A stretch of 64,000 nucleotides of DNA from an uncultured Candidatus Poseidoniales archaeon (GTDB lineage Archaea; Thermoplasmatota; Poseidoniia; Poseidoniales; Poseidoniaceae). The translations under genes were made by a program, and so were the position numbers. The notes below the pieces were generated by a model. It did not search any database. It saw only the letters and a program-made list of their open reading frames with translations, and was not told where the DNA came from. The stretch covers positions 8,358 through 72,357 of the forward strand of contig CAZGJD010000009.1 in the NCBI GenBank assembly GCA_964526385.1. The letters run 5' to 3'. How positions within the stretch are numbered: position 1 is the stretch's first letter; every line of letters starts with the position of its first letter. Of this stretch, positions 44,486-53,382 are shown one piece after another.

Positions 44486-44770
44486 TCAACACTTGCGAGA
44501 TTTATTTTCCATTTCCATCCTTTCTCTTACAAGTTTTATTTTGCCACTTGAAGTAATTGATACTACTCTACCAGATGAAAGAACATCTCTTACCATCTCA
44601 TAGTCAAGAAGATTGACTTGAAGTATGCATTTTTCATCACAGAAATCAAAAAGCTTGACAGGTAAATCAGACAAGAAAGCGGTAAGTTCTGACCGGCTTG
44701 AAAATCCTTTACAATGGCATCCTATCCATCTTCTTTTGCCTCTGAGAGCTTTTGTCAATCTCTTCGGCAT
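44486..44770 (-). CDS. RNase P protein component Pop5/Rpp14-like (tentative)
   Basis: Start set at MPKRLTKALRGKRRWIGCH. The L-R-x-K-R-R-[YW]-I N-terminal motif and ~95 aa size fit archaeal Pop5. Confidence 0.45.
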   Translation of the reverse strand: MPKRLTKALRGKRRWIGCHCKGFSSRSELTAFLSDLPVKLFDFCDEKCILQVNLLDYEMVRDVLSSGRVVSITSSGKIKLVRERMEMENKSRKC

Positions 44771-44836
44771 TATATTTCCTACAAGGGTATCTATCTTAAC
44801 ATGATGGCTCATCAGCCGTAACACAGGGGCGAGCTT

Positions 44837-46123
44837 ATGTCAGAGGATAATACAGATTCTTTGAAACAAATAAGTTTCTTGGATTTGATAAAAAACATGT
44901 TCTCAACGAGGACACTACCTCACATTGTGATGATTGGTTTAATTTCTATTATTCTCCTAACCTTGGTTAGTAGCCAAGAGAATTTTGTTTCATTCGCTTT
45001 TATTTCTCTATCAGCATCATATGGATTGATTGCCATTTTATCCAATAACGAAACCGTACAAACTCTGATTAAACTACCAACGGAAAAAAATCAAACTAAT
45101 CTTACTGCAAGATTCATCCTAAGCTTTAGAATAACCATTGTCCCAATACTCCTATCAAGCGTAATAATGGGATTATTATGGTATAGCCTAGGGGGAAATG
45201 ATAACTCTTGGATTTCTCCATTATTAGCTTCGTTATTCATAGTCTGGTCCATCGCCCAAGCTGCATCTTTCCGCACGGGTATGGTAGAATGGCTCGCAAA
45301 TGGTTTGGGTGATGCTAAACTACACGACTACAAGGAGAAAATTTCAACAGCAACACAATTTGCAATAGTACAATCTTTCGCATTTGTGCTAATATGGGTA
45401 GGACAAGCACTAAGCAATTCTGAATCGATGTCATTTGGTGATGCCCTAAAAGGAGGCTTTATTTTCCTGATAATCTCTGTTCTTCTCCAATTCTTGACTC
45501 TTAGAATTACTCGCACAGAACGAGAAAATTCCGGATTTGAAAAAGGAATGGCAGCATTTTCGTTTAAGTGGATGATTATTGCACAGATATTCATCACCTG
45601 GCACGCATTTAGTGTGTACAGAAGAGCTTTGATGGAACCAACCGAAATTTCTACTATATTGGAAGAAGGTTTCTTGATGGCGCTATCGGTAATTTTTGCT
45701 GTTTGGTCGCTGACTACTTACACGGTACGAGATGGCAAAAGATTGGTTTCTGAGAACGCATCTTTGCCACTAGGGATTTCTTTTGGATATGCGTATGCAG
45801 GCTCCGTAGCTATGTTGACTGGAACCTTTGAAAGCCTCAGAGAAGTGATGATTTTTGGACACGTATTGACAATCTGCACCATGATTTTACTGATGAGACC
45901 AACCCTCAGAGCAAGCAGAGTTTCAACTGAAATTATTACTAGGGCAAGAACGATTGACATTTCTTCAAAAGAGGAAGAAAATTCTGAAATTTCCGAGACA
46001 GAGGAAGAAATTCTAGATGATAATGACTGGCAAGAAAACGAGAAAGTCGATTGGGAAAATAAAACAGGTATTGAAGAAGACACCGATTGGAATTCGAAAG
46101 AAGAGAGTACCTCTGACGATTAG
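44837..46123 (+). CDS. Hypothetical polytopic membrane protein with an acidic C-terminal tail
   Basis: 428 aa with ~9 hydrophobic helices. The tail is rich in E/D/W (EEENSEISETEEEILDDNDWQENEKVDWENK). Confidence 0.55.
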   Translation: MSEDNTDSLKQISFLDLIKNMFSTRTLPHIVMIGLISIILLTLVSSQENFVSFAFISLSASYGLIAILSNNETVQTLIKLPTEKNQTNLTARFILSFRITIVPILLSSVIMGLLWYSLGGNDNSWISPLLASLFIVWSIAQAASFRTGMVEWLANGLGDAKLHDYKEKISTATQFAIVQSFAFVLIWVGQALSNSESMSFGDALKGGFIFLIISVLLQFLTLRITRTERENSGFEKGMAAFSFKWMIIAQIFITWHAFSVYRRALMEPTEISTILEEGFLMALSVIFAVWSLTTYTVRDGKRLVSENASLPLGISFGYAYAGSVAMLTGTFESLREVMIFGHVLTICTMILLMRPTLRASRVSTEIITRARTIDISSKEEENSEISETEEEILDDNDWQENEKVDWENKTGIEEDTDWNSKEESTSDD

Positions 46124-47049
46124 TCTATAGAAATTTGACTTACCTCATCCAGACCAGAAACAACTGCTACAACTCTTATTCTTCCGACTAAATCATCGCT
46201 TACTCTAGCACCTAATATTACCTGAGCATCTTCATGAAACCTCGAAGTAAATGCATCAGCAATTGCACCGACTTGACCAACTGTCATTCCGTGACCACCT
46301 TCGATTTGTAATAAACAAGCCTTTGCTCCGTCAAACGAAAGGTTCGCCAAAGGTGCACCTAAAGCATCCTCGAGAAGTGATTCTGCATCATTTGGGTCTC
46401 CCTGGCCGACCAATAATGTTGATCCTCCTGAGTGCCCTACTATGGTTTTCAAATCCATCATATCGAGATTGATTAAGCCCAGACGAAGAAGAGTTCTAAC
46501 CAAACCATCAACGAACTCTTCGACCCAAGAAGCACCAACCCTCCAATCAGTACCTCTTTCTCTTGCTTGCCAAGCGAGCCTGTCCAATTCCAATCTAACG
46601 CACACGTCAGAGTTTGAATCAAGTTTTGGAAGTCCTTCCTTCGAAACCTTAGCCCTAGTTTCTTGGGCATCAAAAGGTACCGCTGCAATTGAGATGACTA
46701 TGGCCCCTGCGAGTCGTGCTTGCCTTGCGAATTCGGGAGAAGCTCCGGTTCCCGTCCCCCCCCCAAGTCCGGTTAAAATTATGACTAGTTCTACTTCAGT
46801 TAACAATTTCCTAACAACTGAAGATGCATTTCTCATCCTTTGCTCGCCAAGAGGAGGGAGTGCTGCACAACCAGATTCATCTGATTGATTACCAAGTCTG
46901 ATAAGATGTGCTTGGTCGTAGTCGAATGAGGAATCATCTGAATCTATTAAAACTAAATCAGCATTCTCTCCGCACAGTAAATGAGCACGTTTCGCCCATG
47001 AGCAACCTAAACCGCCAATCCCTGCAATTAGGATTTGGGCCCCATCCAT
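46120..47049 (-). CDS. Divergent FtsZ/tubulin-family GTPase (compact, no C-terminal tail)
   Basis: ILIAGIGGLGCSW (G-box 1), the tubulin signature LTGLGGGTGTGASP, VPFDAQETRAK, and a T7-like GLINLDMMDLKTIV. 309 aa. Confidence 0.75.
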   Translation of the reverse strand: MDGAQILIAGIGGLGCSWAKRAHLLCGENADLVLIDSDDSSFDYDQAHLIRLGNQSDESGCAALPPLGEQRMRNASSVVRKLLTEVELVIILTGLGGGTGTGASPEFARQARLAGAIVISIAAVPFDAQETRAKVSKEGLPKLDSNSDVCVRLELDRLAWQARERGTDWRVGASWVEEFVDGLVRTLLRLGLINLDMMDLKTIVGHSGGSTLLVGQGDPNDAESLLEDALGAPLANLSFDGAKACLLQIEGGHGMTVGQVGAIADAFTSRFHEDAQVILGARVSDDLVGRIRVVAVVSGLDEVSQISID

Positions 47050-47074
47050 GGCTTCGCCTATCCTTAGAGGTCTA

Positions 47075-47380
47075 TCAATCTCTTCCTACGTATCGTAGAT
47101 ATCTACGTCTGGCGTCTCTTGCCCAAGAATTGTCGGGTTCAAGTGCGAGAACTTTATTGTAAAGTTCTACCGCTTTTTCGAAATCTGAAAAGTGCCTACC
47201 ATACAGGTGTGCTAAGTTATTCAAAGCCGGAATGCACTCACCATCTTCATCCAACATAGCAAGTAAAATTTCTTCAGCCTTACCCAAATTATTTCTCAAC
47301 ATTTCCTCCTCTGCGTTGTCGAGTTGTTCGAGTTGCTCATGGCTCAAATCGTATGTATTGTCAAAAGCGTAATCCGACAT
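47075..47380 (-). CDS. Small TPR-repeat protein
   Basis: ALNNLAHLYGRHFSDFEKAVELYNKVLALEPDNSWA fits a TPR unit. It lies 25 nt upstream of the FtsZ-like gene on the same strand. Confidence 0.5.
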   Translation of the reverse strand: MSDYAFDNTYDLSHEQLEQLDNAEEEMLRNNLGKAEEILLAMLDEDGECIPALNNLAHLYGRHFSDFEKAVELYNKVLALEPDNSWARDARRRYLRYVGRD

Positions 47381-47532
47381 AGATTCCCCTCAATCTTATT
47401 CGTCATATGGTTTGTCATTTCCCGACTGTATGAATAATTGACAAAAATGTAACACTGCATCCAAAATTGTGGAAAATAACAAGCAACGATTATAGGCGAA
47501 ATGACGGTCGGATTAACTAAGTGGGATTAGCC

Positions 47533-48324
47533 ATGCGTACGCAGAAGGTTTTCGTCCGAAGTTTGGTATCCCTAATTCTAATTTCTCTAATGCTCGTTCC
47601 CGGCCTTGGAAACGCTTACCCGAGTGGCATTGGCGGCGAGGAAGTCTGGGCGGGTGGAGACATAGACGATGTAGCCAAGGAAGGTTGTTTGTGTCACGCC
47701 CCTGAACCCTCCAACGAGGTAATGATTATTCTGGACGATGTACCATTCACTTGGGCAGCTGGGGCAACCTACGACATGAGATTGGAGATTATTGGTGGGC
47801 CCGAATCATCGAGCGGAGGCTTTTCCGCAAGAGTCAGTGCAGGAGAATTTTCTGGCGACGGCCAAGACTGGAACGGAGACAACATGGCAAGAACACATCA
47901 AAATGCCAACAGCAGGATTTACACAATCAGCTGGACTGCTCCAGAAACAGACTCTGGGATTGTCAACTTTTGGATAACCGGTAACGCAGTTAATGGGAAC
48001 GGCGCTCCTGACGGAGATTTGTGGAACCAACTTCAATTTAGCCTGTCTGAAAACAGTAGTGCAGAAGATAAGAGAGGAACAAAGACCCTAATCGCTGGCA
48101 GTGGAACTCCAGAAGCCCCCGAGAAATCATCCGGCATTATTGACATCTCGACCATGGGAGCAGGTTTCAGAGCACACTGGTTGGGACTGTTAGGATTTGG
48201 AGCGGTCATTGCTGTAATCATATTTTGCGGATTAGTACTAAGATACGGTTTCTCAACATCTTACAAAGGTCGAAGCAATTTACTGAGACTAAGATATAAG
48301 GTCAACAGAAGAGGTGATCAGTAA
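47533..48324 (+). CDS. Exported beta-rich protein with a C-terminal TM anchor; first gene of the Rieske/cyt b operon
   Basis: ATG 47533 gives MRTQKVFVRSLVSLILISLMLVPGLGNA (signal-like). It contains EGCLCHAPEP and a C-terminal helix WLGLLGFGAVIAVIIFCGLVL. Function unknown. Confidence 0.6.
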   Translation: MRTQKVFVRSLVSLILISLMLVPGLGNAYPSGIGGEEVWAGGDIDDVAKEGCLCHAPEPSNEVMIILDDVPFTWAAGATYDMRLEIIGGPESSSGGFSARVSAGEFSGDGQDWNGDNMARTHQNANSRIYTISWTAPETDSGIVNFWITGNAVNGNGAPDGDLWNQLQFSLSENSSAEDKRGTKTLIAGSGTPEAPEKSSGIIDISTMGAGFRAHWLGLLGFGAVIAVIIFCGLVLRYGFSTSYKGRSNLLRLRYKVNRRGDQ

Positions 48325-48776
48325 TGGCTAAGGATACAATCACCCAACTATTGGAGAAGGTAGCTTCGGGCAAAGTTAGCGTTAAAGACGCAAGAACTGC
48401 GCTCCAAGATGCATCGCTCACTGAAGAGCAAATGGATGCAGCAATAAATCACGGGGTTTTCAACCCCGCAGAACCAGGCACGGTAATCTCCGCCAGCTTA
48501 GCACCTTCAGGCAACTCAGCATTGACATTGTTTTTCTTTGCATGGGGAATTTTCTGGACGCTATACTGGTTCAGCACCATGCTCTACGGCTTACTGAACG
48601 GTAGTGCCTGGGACCAGCAACAACTTTCCTACCATCTTGCTATGGGATTAACGACCCTTCTGATGATGGGTATAGTATACATGAAGTGGGTACTGCCTGA
48701 CAAAATCATTGTCAAGCACTCTCAAAACAAATACATACCTGAGCATCAAAAGGACTGGAGAGAATATAACTGGTGA
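48324..48776 (+). CDS. Small membrane protein (operon member)
   Basis: 150 aa with 2-3 hydrophobic helices. Its start overlaps the preceding stop, and its stop overlaps the Rieske gene start by 4 nt. Confidence 0.5.
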   Translation: MAKDTITQLLEKVASGKVSVKDARTALQDASLTEEQMDAAINHGVFNPAEPGTVISASLAPSGNSALTLFFFAWGIFWTLYWFSTMLYGLLNGSAWDQQQLSYHLAMGLTTLLMMGIVYMKWVLPDKIIVKHSQNKYIPEHQKDWREYNW

Positions 48777-49630
48777 TATCAATGGACGGCATGAGACTCA
48801 GACCGGCACCCTCAGAAAGTGGAAACTCTGCAAATGCTCTTGGCGATATGCAAGTCAATCGTAGACAATTCATGAGGTATGGATTTAATGCATCTGGTGG
48901 TGTTTTAGCGGCAAGCCTCGGAGCATTAGGATTCGCTTCGATTCTATTACCTCCATCCGGAGACAGTGGAGGTGATTCAGCCGTAAAATTCTGGGCAAAA
49001 GGACGTGAAGATGAAGCATGGTACGGAGCTATGCACCTACAACCCATGACAAAGTCTGCTTTTGAAGCGGAAGCCGCCAAATCGAATGTCGGGATTTCGG
49101 GCGCTCAAGGTGTTTGGAACGGACTTCCTGTGATAGTCAATTACGTACCACATTCCACAAACTCGTCTAAGCCAGTGGCAGATAATCTACCTCGATTTCA
49201 AGAAATGGCAGGATATGATATCGCTAAGAATTATGTCGGCCATGCCACAGAATTCTTACTCTCAAACCCTGATGTCTTTGACCCCAATAACAACTTAGTA
49301 ATGTCATTTGGAAGGTGCACTCACCTGTGTTGCATTCCAGGTTGGCAACTCGTTTCAAACTCTTTTACTGACGACAATTGGACACCCGGTGGTGGCGATG
49401 ATGGAGGAACTAAGATGTTCTGCATCTGTCACTCCAGCAGATTTGACCCAACCGCAATCGAGGTCAACAGAAACGCCAACAGATCGAACGGACAGATGTT
49501 CGAATACCTAGGAATTAGAAGAGCAGGAGGTCCAGCTCCTGTCGGTTTGCCTATCATTCCAATCATAATGAACGGAGACATTATCGAGGCGTCTACAGAA
49601 TATACGGGCTGGTTGACCTATTGCGATTGA
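48773..49630 (+). CDS. Rieske [2Fe-2S] protein with a Tat-like signal
   Basis: NRRQFMRYGFNASGGVLAAS (twin-Arg), box I CTHLCC and box II CICHSSRF. Confidence 0.85.
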   Translation: MISMDGMRLRPAPSESGNSANALGDMQVNRRQFMRYGFNASGGVLAASLGALGFASILLPPSGDSGGDSAVKFWAKGREDEAWYGAMHLQPMTKSAFEAEAAKSNVGISGAQGVWNGLPVIVNYVPHSTNSSKPVADNLPRFQEMAGYDIAKNYVGHATEFLLSNPDVFDPNNNLVMSFGRCTHLCCIPGWQLVSNSFTDDNWTPGGGDDGGTKMFCICHSSRFDPTAIEVNRNANRSNGQMFEYLGIRRAGGPAPVGLPIIPIIMNGDIIEASTEYTGWLTYCD

Positions 49631-49640
49631 GGTGAATAAT

Positions 49641-50507
49641 ATGAGCACGATATTTTGGGTTCTTTGGTTTTTCATAGCCTTCATAATTGTATTAATCGCA
49701 TTCACATTGAGGAAAGAGAATGAGGATGTCCCTCGAAGAGAGATTCTAAGAGCGGTCGAAACATCTGGAAAAATGGGCTTGGCTGAAAGAACCTTCCTGT
49801 GGGTGTTTTCGTTCCTTGATACAAGATTCCGAATTCAAGATTACTGGAATATGAGCAAAGGTGCTTATTACAACATGCACCGACAAATGCCACTAACTCA
49901 CGCAGAGAAATACAAACTGAGAATCATATGGTATTGGTATCCTTTGTATTGCTTGGGAGGAATTTCATTCCTATCGTTCATTATCCTCGTAATAACAGGT
50001 ACCGTTCTAGGAATTTACTACGTTCCCGGTGGAGAGGGAGACCCTTCGCCTGCATACGCAAGCATGGAATACATAATGACTCAACTTCCATTCGGTTACA
50101 TCATAAGAGCAGTCCACCACTGGGGAACTCATTTCATGGTAGCATCTGTTTTCCTTCACATGTGTAGAGTGTACTTCACTGGAGCATACAGAAACCCACG
50201 TGAACTAAACTGGTTAATCGGAGTTGCACTAATGGCATTAACAATCGTGTTCGGTTACTCAGGTTATCTACTACCTTGGGACACATTAGCATACGGAGCT
50301 GCAGTTATCGGAATTAACCTTGCAAACGCAACACCACTGATTGGAAAGTACATCGCTACTCTTCTATTCTCCGGCTCATCACTTTCCCCAAGAACCGTGA
50401 CCAGAATGTATTTCATTCACGTTTTCATTCTACCAGTGATAGTTACCACACTGATCATAATACACCTGTTCATAGTGTGGGTTCAGGGAATTGCGGAGCC
50501 GCATTGA
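49641..50507 (+). CDS. Cytochrome b (N-terminal four-helix, b6-like)
   Basis: HHWGTHFMVASVFLH gives H-x13-H and HVFILPVIVTTLIIIH gives H-x14-H. Also YRNPRELNWLIGV and GYLLPWD. GAGGTG precedes the ATG. Confidence 0.9.
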   Translation: MSTIFWVLWFFIAFIIVLIAFTLRKENEDVPRREILRAVETSGKMGLAERTFLWVFSFLDTRFRIQDYWNMSKGAYYNMHRQMPLTHAEKYKLRIIWYWYPLYCLGGISFLSFIILVITGTVLGIYYVPGGEGDPSPAYASMEYIMTQLPFGYIIRAVHHWGTHFMVASVFLHMCRVYFTGAYRNPRELNWLIGVALMALTIVFGYSGYLLPWDTLAYGAAVIGINLANATPLIGKYIATLLFSGSSLSPRTVTRMYFIHVFILPVIVTTLIIIHLFIVWVQGIAEPH

Positions 50508-50522
50508 TAGGAGGTCAAAGGT

Positions 50523-53327
50523 ATGGGATTAATGGAAAATTTAGGTGCTGTAGCATCAACATACATGGAAGAAAAGGAAAAACTCCAAACCGCCGAAGAG
50601 AGAAGAAAAAGAACAAGGTCTGGACACGGTTTTTGGCCTCATGAAGTCCTACGTGATTCACTAATCTTTGGTTTCATGATAGCAGTATTGCTATTCTATG
50701 CTTGGCTTATCCCTCCTCCACTGCACAGCGCCGCAGACCCATTCGCTCAAGCAGGATTCGTGTTCCCTGATTGGTATGTACTATTCTCATACGGATACCT
50801 ACGATGGGGAGAATATTTGCCTCAGTTTGATGTTCCACTCGGACCTGTTGGTGACTTCTTTGGTCAACCATCATTCCCGTGGAACGCAGCATGGTGGGGG
50901 GCATTCCTAACTGGAATCCCAGTTGGAATTCTAGCACTTCCACCGTTCTTAGGAGGTCGTGAAAAGAGACCTGTTGAAGACCCGTGGTTCGCAAGTGCAG
51001 GTGTCGTTTATCTCGCACACATTTGGTTTATCTCCGTATTTTCTATCAATATCTTTTTGGAGTTGTACGGAAAAAATCGAAGTGATTACTGTAAGTTGGA
51101 TAGTCATGGAGATTTACTGTGTGGTACGAGAGACCCATGGATTGCTGATTTGTTCAATATGATACCTTGGGTTCTCACGGGAATACTGTTGTGGATAATG
51201 ATATATTTCATCGCTAAATGGTTATTCAATAATGCCTGGGGTGCAAGATTTACTCCCGCTCACGGCAAAAGCTTGGTAATTGGAGCATTCATAGTTGCTA
51301 CTGCAGCGAGCGTTGTAACTTACCCAGTTTATGACAACGGTTTCTGGGAAGCCAAAGGATTACTGACAATTGCTGACTATGATGAACTCGAAGAAATGAG
51401 GTCTCAACCAACAGATATTCAAGTTCATGAGGTTAATGAGTTCATGACATTACAAGGATTTGAAGGAGACATAGTACCAGCTGCCGCTTGGATGGATTGG
51501 AATATATACCAACCGACTAGATACTACATGATCGATTTCGCAGATAATAATGGACATCAGGATCTAGACTCAGGAGTAAATGGTGCTGCCGGAATCGATA
51601 ACTATACTGCTGAAGAAACTATTTGGGCATCTGGTACTTTCTCAATTTCCGATCAATACTGGCCTGATGATATTGATTTCAAGACTGTTCCAGTTGATGC
51701 TACCTGCTCAACTCGTGCAAGTGAAGTTATCATTGATGGAGGATTATCCACTTCAAGGATGATTCAATCAAGCTTAGTCATAACCGAGAGAGATAGTGGC
51801 AAAACAGTAATTGACACTGATTGTACATCTGGTGAAACCGGTGTTGAACTTGGAGCAGGATTATATGATTATGAATTCAGAGTCAATTCAGTAGATCAAC
51901 TTGCTGCGAATGACACAGTTACTGTTGAAACCGCATTCACAATCAAGGCATTCCAGCCTCTGCTACTGTATGGAGAGAATGCTGGTAACGGACTCGCAGG
52001 AACTACTGTTGACCTATCCAACTCCCTAAATATGGAGCTTGAAGGAGAACACATGAGTGTTACAGAAAATCCAACCTACCATGCCAATCCGAAGGCTCTA
52101 GACGCTAAATTGACCTATGCTATGTTTGTACCGTGTGTGACATTAGGAGCTATTGTATTCGTATTACTCAGAAATATGGCTAGGGGATACGAGTTTGAAA
52201 TGAACAAATGTTACGGCTGTGACCTTTGTGATGATGCTTGTCCAGTCCGATTGTTCAATGCAGGTGACAAACTGAATATCATTTACAACTCATGGAACAA
52301 CGAAGATGATGGTGTTCCACTTTATTCATGTTTGACATGTACTGCATGTACCAATGCATGTCCACAATTGGTTGATTACGATTCATATGTTGATATTAGA
52401 AGAACACTGATTGTAGGTGGACCTACGGCAGAGATACCACACACAGTGTTACAAGCAGTTCTTGCAGCAGAAGCTGAAGAAGAAAGCGATGCTGACTTCG
52501 TAGCAGTGGAAGACTACCCAATCGATTCCAATGTTGGATACTACCCTGGATGCGTAGACTATCTAGATCAAGAAATGGTCTTCAGCCACCTCAATGAAGG
52601 GGAAATGAACCTTGGTGAAACTACTACTGCAGCCTTTACTCTGTTTGAAGAGATGGGTGCTGATGTATCATACCTTGGCAGAGACTTCCTCAAGTGCTGT
52701 GGCCACGACCAAAAGTGGCAAGGATTAGATGAAGTGTTTGAAAAGCTTAAGGCTTACAACCAGAAGAAAATCGAAGCCTCGGGAATTGATACTCTTGTAT
52801 CGTCATGTGCAGAGTGTTTCAGGACATTCGCAAGAGACTATGAACTAGAGGGCGTCAAAGTAATGCACACAACTGAGTTCCTAATCGAAAACGGATTCGA
52901 CATGAACATGAAGGCTGAAAATGACGTAACTGTGACCTACCACGACCCTTGTAGACTTGGAAGACAAATGGGGATCTATGAAGAACCAAGAGAACTGGTT
53001 GCAGGAGTCGAGGGAGTAGAACTTGTTGAAATGGAACATCATGGTGAAGACGCAATGTGTTGTGGAGTATCAAGCATGATGTCTTGTAATGAAAACGCAA
53101 GAGCATTGAGAATTTCAAGAATGGAAGAAATCAAGAATACTGGCGCTGACATGATGATTACATCTTGTCCTAAGTGTGTATCTCACTTCGAATGTCTCAA
53201 GTTTGAAGATGAAGAAAAATACGACATTGAAATTTTAGATGTAGTTTCCTTCTTAGCAAGACAAGTCGAAGCAAAGAAGTCACTAATTGATGAAACTTCT
53301 ACCGCCAATGTTGGCGTAGAAGCATGA
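50523..53327 (+). CDS. Fusion: cytochrome b C-terminal/subunit-IV-like domain + large extracytoplasmic insert + TM + 2x[4Fe-4S] ferredoxin + two CCG (HdrD/GlpC-like) domains
   Basis: WPHEVLRDSL and FPDWYVLFSYGYLR (a PEWY-type Qo motif). CYGCDLCDDACP and CLTCTACTNACP. CCG units are YYPGC...CCGHD...SSCAEC and YHDPC...MCCG...TSCPKC. GGAGGT precedes the ATG. Confidence 0.8.
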   Translation: MGLMENLGAVASTYMEEKEKLQTAEERRKRTRSGHGFWPHEVLRDSLIFGFMIAVLLFYAWLIPPPLHSAADPFAQAGFVFPDWYVLFSYGYLRWGEYLPQFDVPLGPVGDFFGQPSFPWNAAWWGAFLTGIPVGILALPPFLGGREKRPVEDPWFASAGVVYLAHIWFISVFSINIFLELYGKNRSDYCKLDSHGDLLCGTRDPWIADLFNMIPWVLTGILLWIMIYFIAKWLFNNAWGARFTPAHGKSLVIGAFIVATAASVVTYPVYDNGFWEAKGLLTIADYDELEEMRSQPTDIQVHEVNEFMTLQGFEGDIVPAAAWMDWNIYQPTRYYMIDFADNNGHQDLDSGVNGAAGIDNYTAEETIWASGTFSISDQYWPDDIDFKTVPVDATCSTRASEVIIDGGLSTSRMIQSSLVITERDSGKTVIDTDCTSGETGVELGAGLYDYEFRVNSVDQLAANDTVTVETAFTIKAFQPLLLYGENAGNGLAGTTVDLSNSLNMELEGEHMSVTENPTYHANPKALDAKLTYAMFVPCVTLGAIVFVLLRNMARGYEFEMNKCYGCDLCDDACPVRLFNAGDKLNIIYNSWNNEDDGVPLYSCLTCTACTNACPQLVDYDSYVDIRRTLIVGGPTAEIPHTVLQAVLAAEAEEESDADFVAVEDYPIDSNVGYYPGCVDYLDQEMVFSHLNEGEMNLGETTTAAFTLFEEMGADVSYLGRDFLKCCGHDQKWQGLDEVFEKLKAYNQKKIEASGIDTLVSSCAECFRTFARDYELEGVKVMHTTEFLIENGFDMNMKAENDVTVTYHDPCRLGRQMGIYEEPRELVAGVEGVELVEMEHHGEDAMCCGVSSMMSCNENARALRISRMEEIKNTGADMMITSCPKCVSHFECLKFEDEEKYDIEILDVVSFLARQVEAKKSLIDETSTANVGVEA

Positions 53328-53382
53328 TTCCACCCCTTTATAGGCACAGGTTTTAATTAATTACTAGATTTTAGGCCGTTTA

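Noticed and set aside
46442-46888. 148-aa + strand ORF antisense to the FtsZ-like gene.
   Set aside because: It overlaps entirely a minus-strand ORF that has clear tubulin/FtsZ motifs. Its Ser/Pro/Thr-rich composition is typical of antisense frames.
47653-47720. Heme c binding site in the exported first protein of the bc operon (EGCLCHAP).
   Set aside because: The motif is C-x-C-H, not the canonical C-x-x-C-H (or C-x3-4-C-H), so a c-type cytochrome call is not supported. Any redox role remains speculative.
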